A stretch of 42,239 nt of DNA from a virus, in the UHGV virus genome UHGV-0380056. One strand, 5' to 3'. This document shows positions 16,919 to 24,895 of this stretch, piece by piece (positions within the stretch are counted from its first letter, which is position 1; every line of letters starts with the position of its first letter). Below the pieces are notes generated by a model. That model had not been told where the DNA came from, searched no databases, and saw only the letters and a list, made by a program, of their open reading frames with translations. The translations under genes were made by a program, and so were the position numbers.

Positions 16919-17320
16919 ATGTTTAAAATTGGAGATAAAGTTACAGTAACGGAATACAGCAATAAGAGTTATATTGGACTGCAAGGTTTCATAACTGACA
17001 TAAATCACACCATTTATCCAATAAGAGTATACTTAGGTGAAGAAGGGTTTCACTCCTTTAATCCGCAACAGTTAACCCCTTACAATAAAAATAATGAAGA
17101 TGAAGAACTACAAAACACCAAACGTTACAGAACCAACTCAGGTAAACAACTCTTTGACATATTAGAAGATGATTTACTAACATATGAAGAATTACGTGGT
17201 TTCTACAAAGCGAACATTTACAAATATACACATAGATATAAACAAAAGAACGGCATTGAAGATTTGAAAAAAGTCAAGGTCTATGTAGACCAACTAATAA
17301 AATTGGAGGAAAAGAAATGA
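16919..17320 (+). CDS. hypothetical protein with an N-terminal KOW/SH3-like barrel and a C-terminal DUF3310-like region
   Basis: MFKIGDKVTV... and a C-terminal motif ...LTYEELRGFYKANIYKYTHRYKQKNGIEDLKKVKVYVDQL. Confidence 0.45.
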   Translation: MFKIGDKVTVTEYSNKSYIGLQGFITDINHTIYPIRVYLGEEGFHSFNPQQLTPYNKNNEDEELQNTKRYRTNSGKQLFDILEDDLLTYEELRGFYKANIYKYTHRYKQKNGIEDLKKVKVYVDQLIKLEEKK

Positions 17321-17790
17321 TTAACTTTGAACAACTGTCGCCCCCATATGACAAATACTCAGTAACAAATGAGGGGCATGTGATGGATATTGACACAGGC
17401 GTGTATGTGAAGGAAGAGATTGATTATAAATCAGGTAAACAATATGTTGTACTACATGGCTCACATACGAAATCACGTAAGTTTTTTATAGCGCCAATAG
17501 TTGCAGAAATGTTTGTACTGAACAAACACAACCTTGGTTACGTGTATTATAAAGATGGAAACGTTCAGAACAACCATGCTGATAACTTGGGGTATGCTAT
17601 CAATCCTAAAGAAGCGCAACAAAGAGTAGCACGTCCTCACAGATTAGAGGTAGAGGATGAACGACACGAACTCATTATAAAAATAAACAACGCTTGTGAT
17701 AAAAAGGACTATAGAGAAGCTAATCGCCTGGGTAAAATACTATGGGAATTGGAAGGAAGTTCATATAATGACAGACATGAAGAAGTTTGA
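17317..17790 (+). CDS. HNH_3-type endonuclease, divergent (157 aa)
   Basis: YYKDGNVQNNHADNLGYA resembles the H-N-N-L core of HNH_3. Confidence 0.5.
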   Translation: MINFEQLSPPYDKYSVTNEGHVMDIDTGVYVKEEIDYKSGKQYVVLHGSHTKSRKFFIAPIVAEMFVLNKHNLGYVYYKDGNVQNNHADNLGYAINPKEAQQRVARPHRLEVEDERHELIIKINNACDKKDYREANRLGKILWELEGSSYNDRHEEV

Positions 17791-18532
17791 TTTTGACATA
17801 CATTACACAGGAAGCAAAGGAAATTCAGTTTCAATCTATTATGGTAATTTAGGATTTTTAATTGACATTGGTAAACCATATAAATATATTGAACCACACT
17901 TATATGACAAACAATTTATTTTAATATCACACGTTCATGGTGACCATCTTGTCTATACAACATACAAGAAGATTAGAGAGAACTTTCCACATATCAAGAT
18001 TTTATCTAATAGTACAGTTAATGAAGCACTAATCAAACGTAAATTACCAGATGTAGATATTATCTTCAAAGATGACTTCCAATTTAAAATTGGAGATGTT
18101 AAATTTACAACTCTACAAAATTATCATGGATCAGGAGAAGACTTCACTGATACACATGGTTTCATACTAGAAAGTCCTTCACAGAATTTGATTTATGCAA
18201 CTGATTTAAGTCAATTGGTAGATTATGAAACATATCTATTGACAAACAACTTAAAACTTGATATAGTATTACTAGAAGCTAACTATGACCCTAAAGTCAT
18301 TGAATTCTATGAGGCAACAAAAACACATACAGGATATGATGTTTTCAGCAACGGAAGTTATAGACATTTAGATACTGAACAAAGAAAACTTTTTGTTGAC
18401 AAGTTTGGAAATATAGGGTATACTGATGTAGAGCTTCACCAATCAGCAACATACAGAACGTTTGATGGATTGATTAAAAAATCAAAAGGAAAAATATCTA
18501 AAAAAGATGTTGACAATTATTTAACTAGGTAA
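17768..18532 (+). CDS. metallo-beta-lactamase-fold hydrolase (nuclease-like)
   Basis: ILISHVHGDHLV, the HxHxDH motif. GGAAGGA ribosome-binding site before ATG 17768. Confidence 0.6.
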   Translation: MTDMKKFDFDIHYTGSKGNSVSIYYGNLGFLIDIGKPYKYIEPHLYDKQFILISHVHGDHLVYTTYKKIRENFPHIKILSNSTVNEALIKRKLPDVDIIFKDDFQFKIGDVKFTTLQNYHGSGEDFTDTHGFILESPSQNLIYATDLSQLVDYETYLLTNNLKLDIVLLEANYDPKVIEFYEATKTHTGYDVFSNGSYRHLDTEQRKLFVDKFGNIGYTDVELHQSATYRTFDGLIKKSKGKISKKDVDNYLTR

Positions 18533-18543
18533 TATACTTAGTT
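18510..18543 (+). promoter_or_regulatory. consensus promoter TTGACA-17-TATACT with a 21-bp near-palindrome (AACTAGGTAATATACTTAGTT) centred on the -10
   Basis: TTGACA at 18510..18515; TATACT at 18533..18538; conserved leader tagttcataagataaagaggagg. Confidence 0.5.
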
Positions 18544-18568
18544 CATAAGATAAAGAGGAGGAAGAATA

Positions 18569-18835
18569 ATGAAATATATTGGAAATGGATTATGTGAGAG
18601 CGGTCAGAGTGGATTGAATAAGTATTTTATTATAGGTATGGAAGTTAAGTCTAGCACTGAAGAAGTAAATGTTTGTTGGGGCAAAATACCTTACCTGTTA
18701 AAATATAGATTCAAACTTATCAATATTGTAACAGGCAAGATTTTAGAAGTAGATGCTAGTAGTTACGCAACACGTAAAGAACACAACGGTGTTGAAAATT
18801 ATATTGATATTAAATTTGAGGAGGAAACAAAATGA
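18569..18835 (+). CDS. hypothetical protein (88 aa)
   Basis: ORF with a GAGGAGG ribosome-binding site. Confidence 0.45.
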   Translation: MKYIGNGLCESGQSGLNKYFIIGMEVKSSTEEVNVCWGKIPYLLKYRFKLINIVTGKILEVDASSYATRKEHNGVENYIDIKFEEETK

Positions 18836-19059
18836 AATACCAATATGGAGATTTAGTAAAATTTACTAATAATTATGGGATGCACGCCCAACAAGGTGAT
18901 GAAGGTACTGTGCAGCACGTAGATAAGTTTGGAAACATTCTTGTATTAGTTGAAACTGGAGAGTTTGCAGCACGTTTTGAGGAAGTACGTGAAGAAGACA
19001 TTGAACTGATTGACCGTTTGAGTGATGAAGATTTAGATTTGTTGAAGGAGGAACTGTGA
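18832..19059 (+). CDS. small KOW/SH3-like protein (75 aa)
   Basis: MKYQYGDLVKF...GDEGTVQHVDKFGNILV. Confidence 0.45.
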   Translation: MKYQYGDLVKFTNNYGMHAQQGDEGTVQHVDKFGNILVLVETGEFAARFEEVREEDIELIDRLSDEDLDLLKEEL

Positions 19060-19280
19060 TGAAAAAATATACTGTAAAAGAATTAGCACATTTATTAGAT
19101 GAGTACTATATAGGTATCACATTTAGTGACGATTACAGCGCATGGTCAAGTCTTGAAATGTTTGTTACAATGCAAGAAGTAATTGATAAATATGGTGAAC
19201 ATACGATTAAATGGATTAGTTTTTATGGTTCAGAAGATGAGAATTATCAAGTAATTAGATTGGAAGGTGACAGGGAATGA
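19056..19280 (+). CDS. hypothetical protein (74 aa)
   Basis: ORF with GTGATGA overlap. Confidence 0.4.
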   Translation: MMKKYTVKELAHLLDEYYIGITFSDDYSAWSSLEMFVTMQEVIDKYGEHTIKWISFYGSEDENYQVIRLEGDRE

Positions 19281-19444
19281 ATTATAAAACACTTTTAAAA
19301 TTGGACTATGGATACACTGAAAACCAGTTGTTTGATGTGATTGAGAAATATGTGTGGCTTTTAAAAATAAATTATACAATTGCAGAACTCTTTGCAGTAG
19401 AGTATAAACGTCTTAAACTGAAGGATGAAGAGAATGGTATTTGA
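19277..19444 (+). CDS. hypothetical small protein (55 aa)
   Basis: ATGA overlap with the upstream stop. Below the ORF-track cutoff. Confidence 0.25.
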   Translation: MNYKTLLKLDYGYTENQLFDVIEKYVWLLKINYTIAELFAVEYKRLKLKDEENGI

Positions 19445-20240
19445 ATTATCAATTCAAACTAACGGAACACAAGAAATTCAATTTCTTGGCTATGAGAAAA
19501 CTTTGAATGATGTTAGGAGGTTGTCAGAACGTATGAAAACGCAAGAGGTTACAGAAGAAAATGCAATAGAAAATAAAAAACTTCTTGCTGAGGTACGTAA
19601 AGAAATTAAAAAATTAGATGCAGAACGTTTGGCAGTAAAGCGTGAGATTATGACACCTTATGATGAATTGAATGAAAAGATTAAGCTATTAAAAGAGGTG
19701 TTGTTTGAAGGTGAGGAACATATTAATGCACAAATTAAAGAGATTACCACAAGGCAACAAGAACAACGTAAGTTACAAATCAAAGACTTATTTAAAAAAT
19801 ATCAGAAGTCATATAACGCTCCACAATGGCTTACTTTTGATAAGTTTTTAGCAAAAAACCAAACTCTGATAACCAATAAAGCAACAAGTGCTAAAAAGAT
19901 ACGTGAATCAGTGGTTTCTTATTTTGAAACATTTAAACAGGATTATGATATGTTAAAAACACAATATCCTGATAAAGACGATCGTTCAGCTATTTTGATT
20001 GCCTACTCTAAAAATGGCTTTAATATGCAAGAAGCTATTTTAGACTATACAAGTATGATTGCTGAGAAAGAACGTCTTGAAAAAGAACAGGCTAGAGTAA
20101 AAGAAACCAAAGTACCTGACATTGTCATACTAACTGGAAACGAGCAAAAACAGGAAGCTCCCAAGCCAGTTGAATATGTGACAATTAAGATTAAGAAAGA
20201 AGACTTGAAGAAACTTAAAATTGATTATGAGATACTTTAA
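19425..20240 (+). CDS. hypothetical K/E-rich coiled-coil protein (271 aa). Start uncertain: 19425 or 19434
   Basis: Long ORF with a coiled-coil composition. Confidence 0.45.
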   Translation: MKRMVFELSIQTNGTQEIQFLGYEKTLNDVRRLSERMKTQEVTEENAIENKKLLAEVRKEIKKLDAERLAVKREIMTPYDELNEKIKLLKEVLFEGEEHINAQIKEITTRQQEQRKLQIKDLFKKYQKSYNAPQWLTFDKFLAKNQTLITNKATSAKKIRESVVSYFETFKQDYDMLKTQYPDKDDRSAILIAYSKNGFNMQEAILDYTSMIAEKERLEKEQARVKETKVPDIVILTGNEQKQEAPKPVEYVTIKIKKEDLKKLKIDYEIL

Positions 20241-20264
20241 TATCACACACAAGTAAGGGAATAT

Positions 20265-20277
20265 ATGATATAATAGA
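20265..20277 (+). promoter_or_regulatory. extended -10 promoter TGATATAATAGA preceded by TCACACACAA (same pair of elements as the leftward promoter at 6244..6290)
   Basis: tcacacacaagtaagggaatataTGaTATAATaga. Confidence 0.4.
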
Positions 20278-20321
20278 TTTTGTAAGAGAGAAAATAAAAC
20301 AAATTAATTGGAGGAATTAAA

Positions 20322-21014
20322 ATGTCAGAATTGAAAAAAGTAATTATTGTTAGCTCAGAGGAAGATGATATTAGTGTGAAATTACAGGTAGCCAGTGAGG
20401 ATTATAGTGCTATCTATGAAGCAGCAGTGTTTAAACAAACATATGATAAAGACTCTAAAACGTGGAAAGACTTTACAGATGAAGACACAAAAGGTAAAGA
20501 ACGCTTAGCTAAAGCCTTAGAACTTTTAGGTGGATCATTTGAAAATCTTGAAGATAAAGAGTTAGAAATGTATGTAGACGAAGTAACAGGCAAAGCCTAT
20601 TTTGAAGAAGGTACATCATTTAAGAAGATTGAGAAACCATTAGTCTCACTGAAACGCTTGAAGCAAGTACCGATTGTTGAAATTAAAGATTCAGCAAAAG
20701 GACGTGCTGTGATCGTAGAACATGACGGTAAGTATTACTCATTTAACTTCAACTCAGGAGTATATATTGAGAAATTAAATAAATTTATTCCTAATCAAGC
20801 GAAACTTGCAAAAGCTAAGGCACGATTTAATGAGTTGTTTGAAGATGTAAATATCACGTGGGATACAGCAGAAATGGCAGTTGGAATGGTGGTTGATTGT
20901 ACAGTTAATAAGAACATGTTGGATCCAAAATCACAATATGGATGGTTAGAGGCACAACCACTTGATCCAGACGATCAAAAAGAAGTCGTAACAGAAGATG
21001 AATTACCGTTTTAA
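20322..21014 (+). CDS. hypothetical acidic protein (230 aa)
   Basis: ORF with a GGAGGA ribosome-binding site. Confidence 0.45.
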   Translation: MSELKKVIIVSSEEDDISVKLQVASEDYSAIYEAAVFKQTYDKDSKTWKDFTDEDTKGKERLAKALELLGGSFENLEDKELEMYVDEVTGKAYFEEGTSFKKIEKPLVSLKRLKQVPIVEIKDSAKGRAVIVEHDGKYYSFNFNSGVYIEKLNKFIPNQAKLAKAKARFNELFEDVNITWDTAEMAVGMVVDCTVNKNMLDPKSQYGWLEAQPLDPDDQKEVVTEDELPF

Positions 21015-21018
21015 AATA

Positions 21019-21057
21019 AATGTAAAAGAAGTTGACTTAATGGTTGACTTCTTTTTT
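21019..21057 (+). terminator. imperfect hairpin plus T6 (weak terminator)
   Basis: aagaag...cttctttttt flanking a TTGAC-N7-GTTGAC direct repeat. Confidence 0.35.
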
Positions 21058-21062
21058 ATACA

Positions 21063-21071
21063 TGATATACT
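21063..21071 (+). promoter_or_regulatory. extended -10 TGATATACT with the conserved leader for the HNH gene
   Basis: catgaTATACTtagttcataagatgaag. Confidence 0.4.
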
Positions 21072-21105
21072 TAGTTCATAAGATGAAGAATAGGAGAAGA
21101 TAAAA

Positions 21106-21639
21106 ATGAATGAAATTTGGAAAGATATTGAAGGATATGAAGGGTTGTACCAGGTTAGTAATTTGGGGAGAGTTAAATCTTTTGATAGTATAGATAAGTT
21201 AGGTAGAATACGTAAAGGTAGAGTTTTGAAAGGTATTAAAGATGTAAAAGGGTATCTACTAGTTAACTTATATAAAAACAGTATTGTATACACTAAGAGA
21301 CTTCATCGTTTAGTAGCAGAGACATTTATCCCAAATTCAGAAAACAAACCGCAAGTTAATCATATTGACGAGAATAAGGCAAATAACATAGTTTCAAATC
21401 TTGAATGGATGACTGCTAAGGAAAATATTAATCATGGAACACGTAATGAAAGAATGAGTAGAACGCAAAGTATTCCAATCATTGCAACTAATATCAAAAC
21501 AGGTGAATCTCAAGAGTTCTATGGAACAGCTGAATGTGCTAGACAATTAGCTTTGCATCACGGAAATATCACATCAGTTCTAAAAGGTAATCGTAATCAC
21601 ACTGATGGTTACACATTCAAATATAAAGGAGTAGAGTAA
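21106..21639 (+). CDS. HNH homing endonuclease (NUMOD4 + HNH_3)
   Basis: MNEIWKDIEGYEGLYQVSNLGRVKS; [28 protein letters not shown]; C-terminal TDGYTFKYKGVE. Confidence 0.85.
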   Translation: MNEIWKDIEGYEGLYQVSNLGRVKSFDSIDKLGRIRKGRVLKGIKDVKGYLLVNLYKNSIVYTKRLHRLVAETFIPNSENKPQVNHIDENKANNIVSNLEWMTAKENINHGTRNERMSRTQSIPIIATNIKTGESQEFYGTAECARQLALHHGNITSVLKGNRNHTDGYTFKYKGVE

Positions 21640-21640
21640 T

Positions 21641-21859
21641 ATGACAATCAAGATTGGAAACGTAGTAGAACTTAAAGACGATAATCTAAACGGATTAGGC
21701 AATAAAGAAGATAAAGGTGTGCTGTTGTATAAGTTGTACAATCCAGTTGATGGTTGGGATTACATGATCCGTCTTTATTCTGGATCAACAGAAGCATTTC
21801 TAGAAAAAGATTTAAAATTAGGAGTAAAAACAATTGACAAAGTGAACCTAACATGGTAA
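21641..21859 (+). CDS. small KOW/SH3-like protein (72 aa)
   Basis: MTIKIGNVVELKD.... The Shine-Dalgarno comes from the HNH 3' end (tataaaggagtagagtaatATG). Confidence 0.45.
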   Translation: MTIKIGNVVELKDDNLNGLGNKEDKGVLLYKLYNPVDGWDYMIRLYSGSTEAFLEKDLKLGVKTIDKVNLTW

Positions 21860-21862
21860 TAT
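21834..21862 (+). promoter_or_regulatory. promoter TTGACA-17-TAATAT followed by the conserved leader
   Basis: TTGACA at 21834..21839; TAATAT at 21857..21862; leader taactcataagataaagagaggaag. Confidence 0.45.
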
Positions 21863-21893
21863 TAACTCATAAGATAAAGAGAGGAAGATTAAA

Positions 21894-22229
21894 ATGACTA
21901 AACCAAATCCAGTATTAGAAACATTGAATAAAATGAACACACCACAACATGAGGAGGAAAATAAAATGTCAAATGAACAATTACAAAATGAAATCTTGAA
22001 GGAACAATTAGCACAACTTAAAATTATGAAAGAGGATTCTAGCAAACCAAGTCTGATGGTCTATCTATTACTAGCATTGTTCTTAGGCGGAATTGGCGCT
22101 CATGATTTCTATGTTGGTAAAACAGGTACAGGACTTATTAAACTAGTTTTCTGTTGGACAGGTATTCCACTCATCATCTCAGTATTTAATATTATTGGCG
22201 CATTGATGAACAAACAAAACTTTAAATAA
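21894..22229 (+). CDS. TM2-domain membrane protein
   Basis: LALFLGGIGAHDFYVGKTGTGLIKLVFCWTGIPLI. The GxHxFYxG motif is the TM2 signature. Confidence 0.55.
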   Translation: MTKPNPVLETLNKMNTPQHEEENKMSNEQLQNEILKEQLAQLKIMKEDSSKPSLMVYLLLALFLGGIGAHDFYVGKTGTGLIKLVFCWTGIPLIISVFNIIGALMNKQNFK

Positions 22230-22245
22230 TAGGAGGAAGATTAAC

Positions 22246-22452
22246 ATGATGTTTTTAGATATATTAGTACTTACAGTGAAAGATGAAGATGGAGTAATCA
22301 TGAACAGACATTTTAATGAATTATATGTAAAGATTGATTCATCTACAATTACAATTAGTAACAAGAAGAAAACGATTGCTGTTTATAAATTAGATGATGT
22401 ATTATATATGCAAACACAAGCTCATCCACGTCAGTTCAAATGTTTCAGATGA
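22246..22452 (+). CDS. hypothetical protein (68 aa)
   Basis: ORF with a GGAGGA ribosome-binding site. Confidence 0.4.
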   Translation: MMFLDILVLTVKDEDGVIMNRHFNELYVKIDSSTITISNKKKTIAVYKLDDVLYMQTQAHPRQFKCFR

Positions 22453-22553
22453 GATATACGCTTGAAAGTTTCATAGAATTTATATTTTGCACTTGTGTAT
22501 TAGTAATAGATGTGGTATACTATATTATATTCAAACGAGAGAGGAAGTAAGGA

Positions 22554-24833
22554 ATGAAAAACATTGCAGAATTTAAAGGTGCTGAAACGTTAGCAAGTAA
22601 GCTGTTAGAAATATTCGCAGCACTTGCTGGCAATGGTAAAAGTTTTGACCCAATGATTGAAGGCGTCCATCAAGTGATAGTGATTAAAGCAGAGGAACGA
22701 CTAAGTGCTAAAGGTAAAGAAATGAAAGAGATTAAAGTACGTAGCACAAAAGATGGTCGTGATGCAACATTTTATATTATGAAGTTTCGTAAGCAAGATT
22801 GGAAAACTTGGGAAAATATAGAAGTTGGACAGCAGTTAATGATTACTCTAAAATACAACAATGGTTTTCCAAATGTAACCATTAATCAAAAAGGATCAGT
22901 AATTGATAATTTACCTGAGAAACCAAATGAGGCACTAACAAAACAAACAATCTATATTTATGACATTGAAGTATTTAAAAAAGATAATTTGTATATATTC
23001 AGAGATTATTTCACTAAAGAATGGACAGTTATTCATAATAATTTGGACGCTTTACGTAAGTTCTATCTAGCAAATAGAGATTCGTTGTTTGTAGGTTATA
23101 ACTCACATTCATATGACTCAAATGTCATGCGTGCTTATTTACAAGGCAAAAACCCATTTCATGTGTCAAAAGCAATCATTGAAAGTGATGATAGAGGTTT
23201 AGTATATAAAATGTTTGATACTAAAAAAACACCACTTTTTGGAATGGACTTGTATCAAGACAATAGAGGCTTCAGTTTGAAAGAGCATAGTGCTTTCTTA
23301 GGTATCAACATTAAAGAAACTGATGTAGACTTTGACTTAGATAGAGAACTAACAGAAGAAGAGCAAGTATTGAATGAACTGTACTGTAAGAATGATGTGT
23401 TAGCTACTGAAAAACGTTTTGAACAAAACATAGGTATGTTAGTAGCTAAGGCTGCAATTGCATTATACTTTGGTTTAGATAAAATGGCACTGTCAATGAC
23501 AAACGCAAACTTGACTGCTGAACTATTAGGGGCTGAAAAAACACCTGATAGAGGTGACGAGTTAGATAAGTATGAACTACCAGAAGGATTTGAAATTGAG
23601 TCAGAAACCATTCGTCAGGGGTTTATGACAGATGAATTTGAAGCTAATGATAAAGGACATGCTAGTATTTCATTAGATGTACCACGTAGAGACGTAACAG
23701 AAGTATTAGGAGTAGGTGGTATCCATGGTGCTAAAGAGTCATTTATTCATGTAGGTAACTTCCACGCACGTGATGTAGGTTCATTGTATCCAAACACAAT
23801 GGTGCTGTTTGACTATTTGTCAAGAAATATTCCAGAAGAAAAAAGACATATCTATCAAATGTTATTAGACGAACGTATGGAAGCTAAGTATTCTAATAAA
23901 GAATTTACTGAAATTAAAGGCGTTCAGATTCCAACCAAGTTGCTAATTAATGGGTATAAGCTACCTCTAAACACTAAATATGGAGCAATGGGAGCTGAGT
24001 TTAATAAACTGTATGACCCACGTATGCGGTTGTTAGTATGTATCACTGGTCAGATGGCAATGTGGGATTTACTAGAAAAGATTGAAAACCATGCTACTAT
24101 TATTCAATCAAACACAGACGCACATTATTATATTCCATTCAGTGAAGAAGATGAAAAAGCCATTGATGATATTGCAAATGATTGGATGAAACGGACAGGG
24201 TACACTTTAGATGATGATCCATTTAAAGCTATTTTCCAGAAGGACGTAAATAATTATTTGGCTGTTACATCAGATGGCAAAGTTAAGTTTAAAGGTGCTA
24301 TAGGACTAACTAATGGGTTGAAAGTATCTAAAGCAATTGTGTCAAATGCCTTTATTAACTATGTGGTTGCTGGTAAAGACTATAAAGAGTTTATTAATGA
24401 GTGTGACGAACTACGTCAGTTCCAAATGATTACGAAAACAGGCTATACTTTTGATGATACTGTGGTACGTGATAGTAAAGGTAATGAAATGAAAGCACAA
24501 AAAGTAAACCGTACCTTTGCAATAAAAGACCCTAATAAAGCTGTTGAAATATTCAAAGTTAAACATGGAGCGGTTATTGAAGAGGAAGGCACAACCATTG
24601 TTGGTGATGATTCATACACTAAAGGATTAGCTAATGCACCTGAGTATTATGCCATTGATAATGAAGCTATTGGTGAAGGATGGATAAATCTTGATGACAT
24701 TGATAAAGAGTACTATATAAACCAGGTAGAAGATTTACTAGTAATGTGGTTTGGCACAAATTGGAAAGAGAGAATTGAACAGGCTCATAGTCAAATAGAT
24801 GATTTTCCAGAAGTTAAAAATTATATTGATTAA
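22554..24833 (+). CDS. DNA polymerase, divergent family B (3'-5' exonuclease plus polymerase domains)
   Basis: Exo I: IYIYDIEVF. Exo II: FVGYNSHSYD. Motif-B-like: KLLINGYKLPLNTKYGAMG. Motif-C-like: IIQSNTDAHYY. Confidence 0.65.
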   Translation: MKNIAEFKGAETLASKLLEIFAALAGNGKSFDPMIEGVHQVIVIKAEERLSAKGKEMKEIKVRSTKDGRDATFYIMKFRKQDWKTWENIEVGQQLMITLKYNNGFPNVTINQKGSVIDNLPEKPNEALTKQTIYIYDIEVFKKDNLYIFRDYFTKEWTVIHNNLDALRKFYLANRDSLFVGYNSHSYDSNVMRAYLQGKNPFHVSKAIIESDDRGLVYKMFDTKKTPLFGMDLYQDNRGFSLKEHSAFLGINIKETDVDFDLDRELTEEEQVLNELYCKNDVLATEKRFEQNIGMLVAKAAIALYFGLDKMALSMTNANLTAELLGAEKTPDRGDELDKYELPEGFEIESETIRQGFMTDEFEANDKGHASISLDVPRRDVTEVLGVGGIHGAKESFIHVGNFHARDVGSLYPNTMVLFDYLSRNIPEEKRHIYQMLLDERMEAKYSNKEFTEIKGVQIPTKLLINGYKLPLNTKYGAMGAEFNKLYDPRMRLLVCITGQMAMWDLLEKIENHATIIQSNTDAHYYIPFSEEDEKAIDDIANDWMKRTGYTLDDDPFKAIFQKDVNNYLAVTSDGKVKFKGAIGLTNGLKVSKAIVSNAFINYVVAGKDYKEFINECDELRQFQMITKTGYTFDDTVVRDSKGNEMKAQKVNRTFAIKDPNKAVEIFKVKHGAVIEEEGTTIVGDDSYTKGLANAPEYYAIDNEAIGEGWINLDDIDKEYYINQVEDLLVMWFGTNWKERIEQAHSQIDDFPEVKNYID

Positions 24834-24837
24834 ACAC

Positions 24838-24866
24838 TTGACACCTCTTAAATGAGGTGTTATACT
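24838..24866 (+). promoter_or_regulatory. consensus promoter TTGACA-17-TATACT; the spacer is a hairpin (acacctc-ttaaat-gaggtgt)
   Basis: TTGACA at 24838..24843; TATACT at 24861..24866; leader taattcataagttaagaggagg. Confidence 0.55.
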
Positions 24867-24895
24867 TAATTCATAAGTTAAGAGGAGGAAAACAA

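Noticed and set aside
21019-21057. A strong rho-independent terminator after ORF 20322-21014
   Set aside because: The apparent arms (gttgac…gttgac) are a direct repeat, not an inverted one. Only a 6-bp aagaag/cttctt stem closes a large loop before the T tract, so I kept it only as a weak terminator.
22554-24833. An intein or group I intron in the DNA polymerase or other replication genes housing the endonucleases
   Set aside because: All large genes (PolB, TerL, portal, tape measure protein, helicases) are continuous ORFs. The endonuclease genes are free-standing between genes, with their own ribosome-binding sites.
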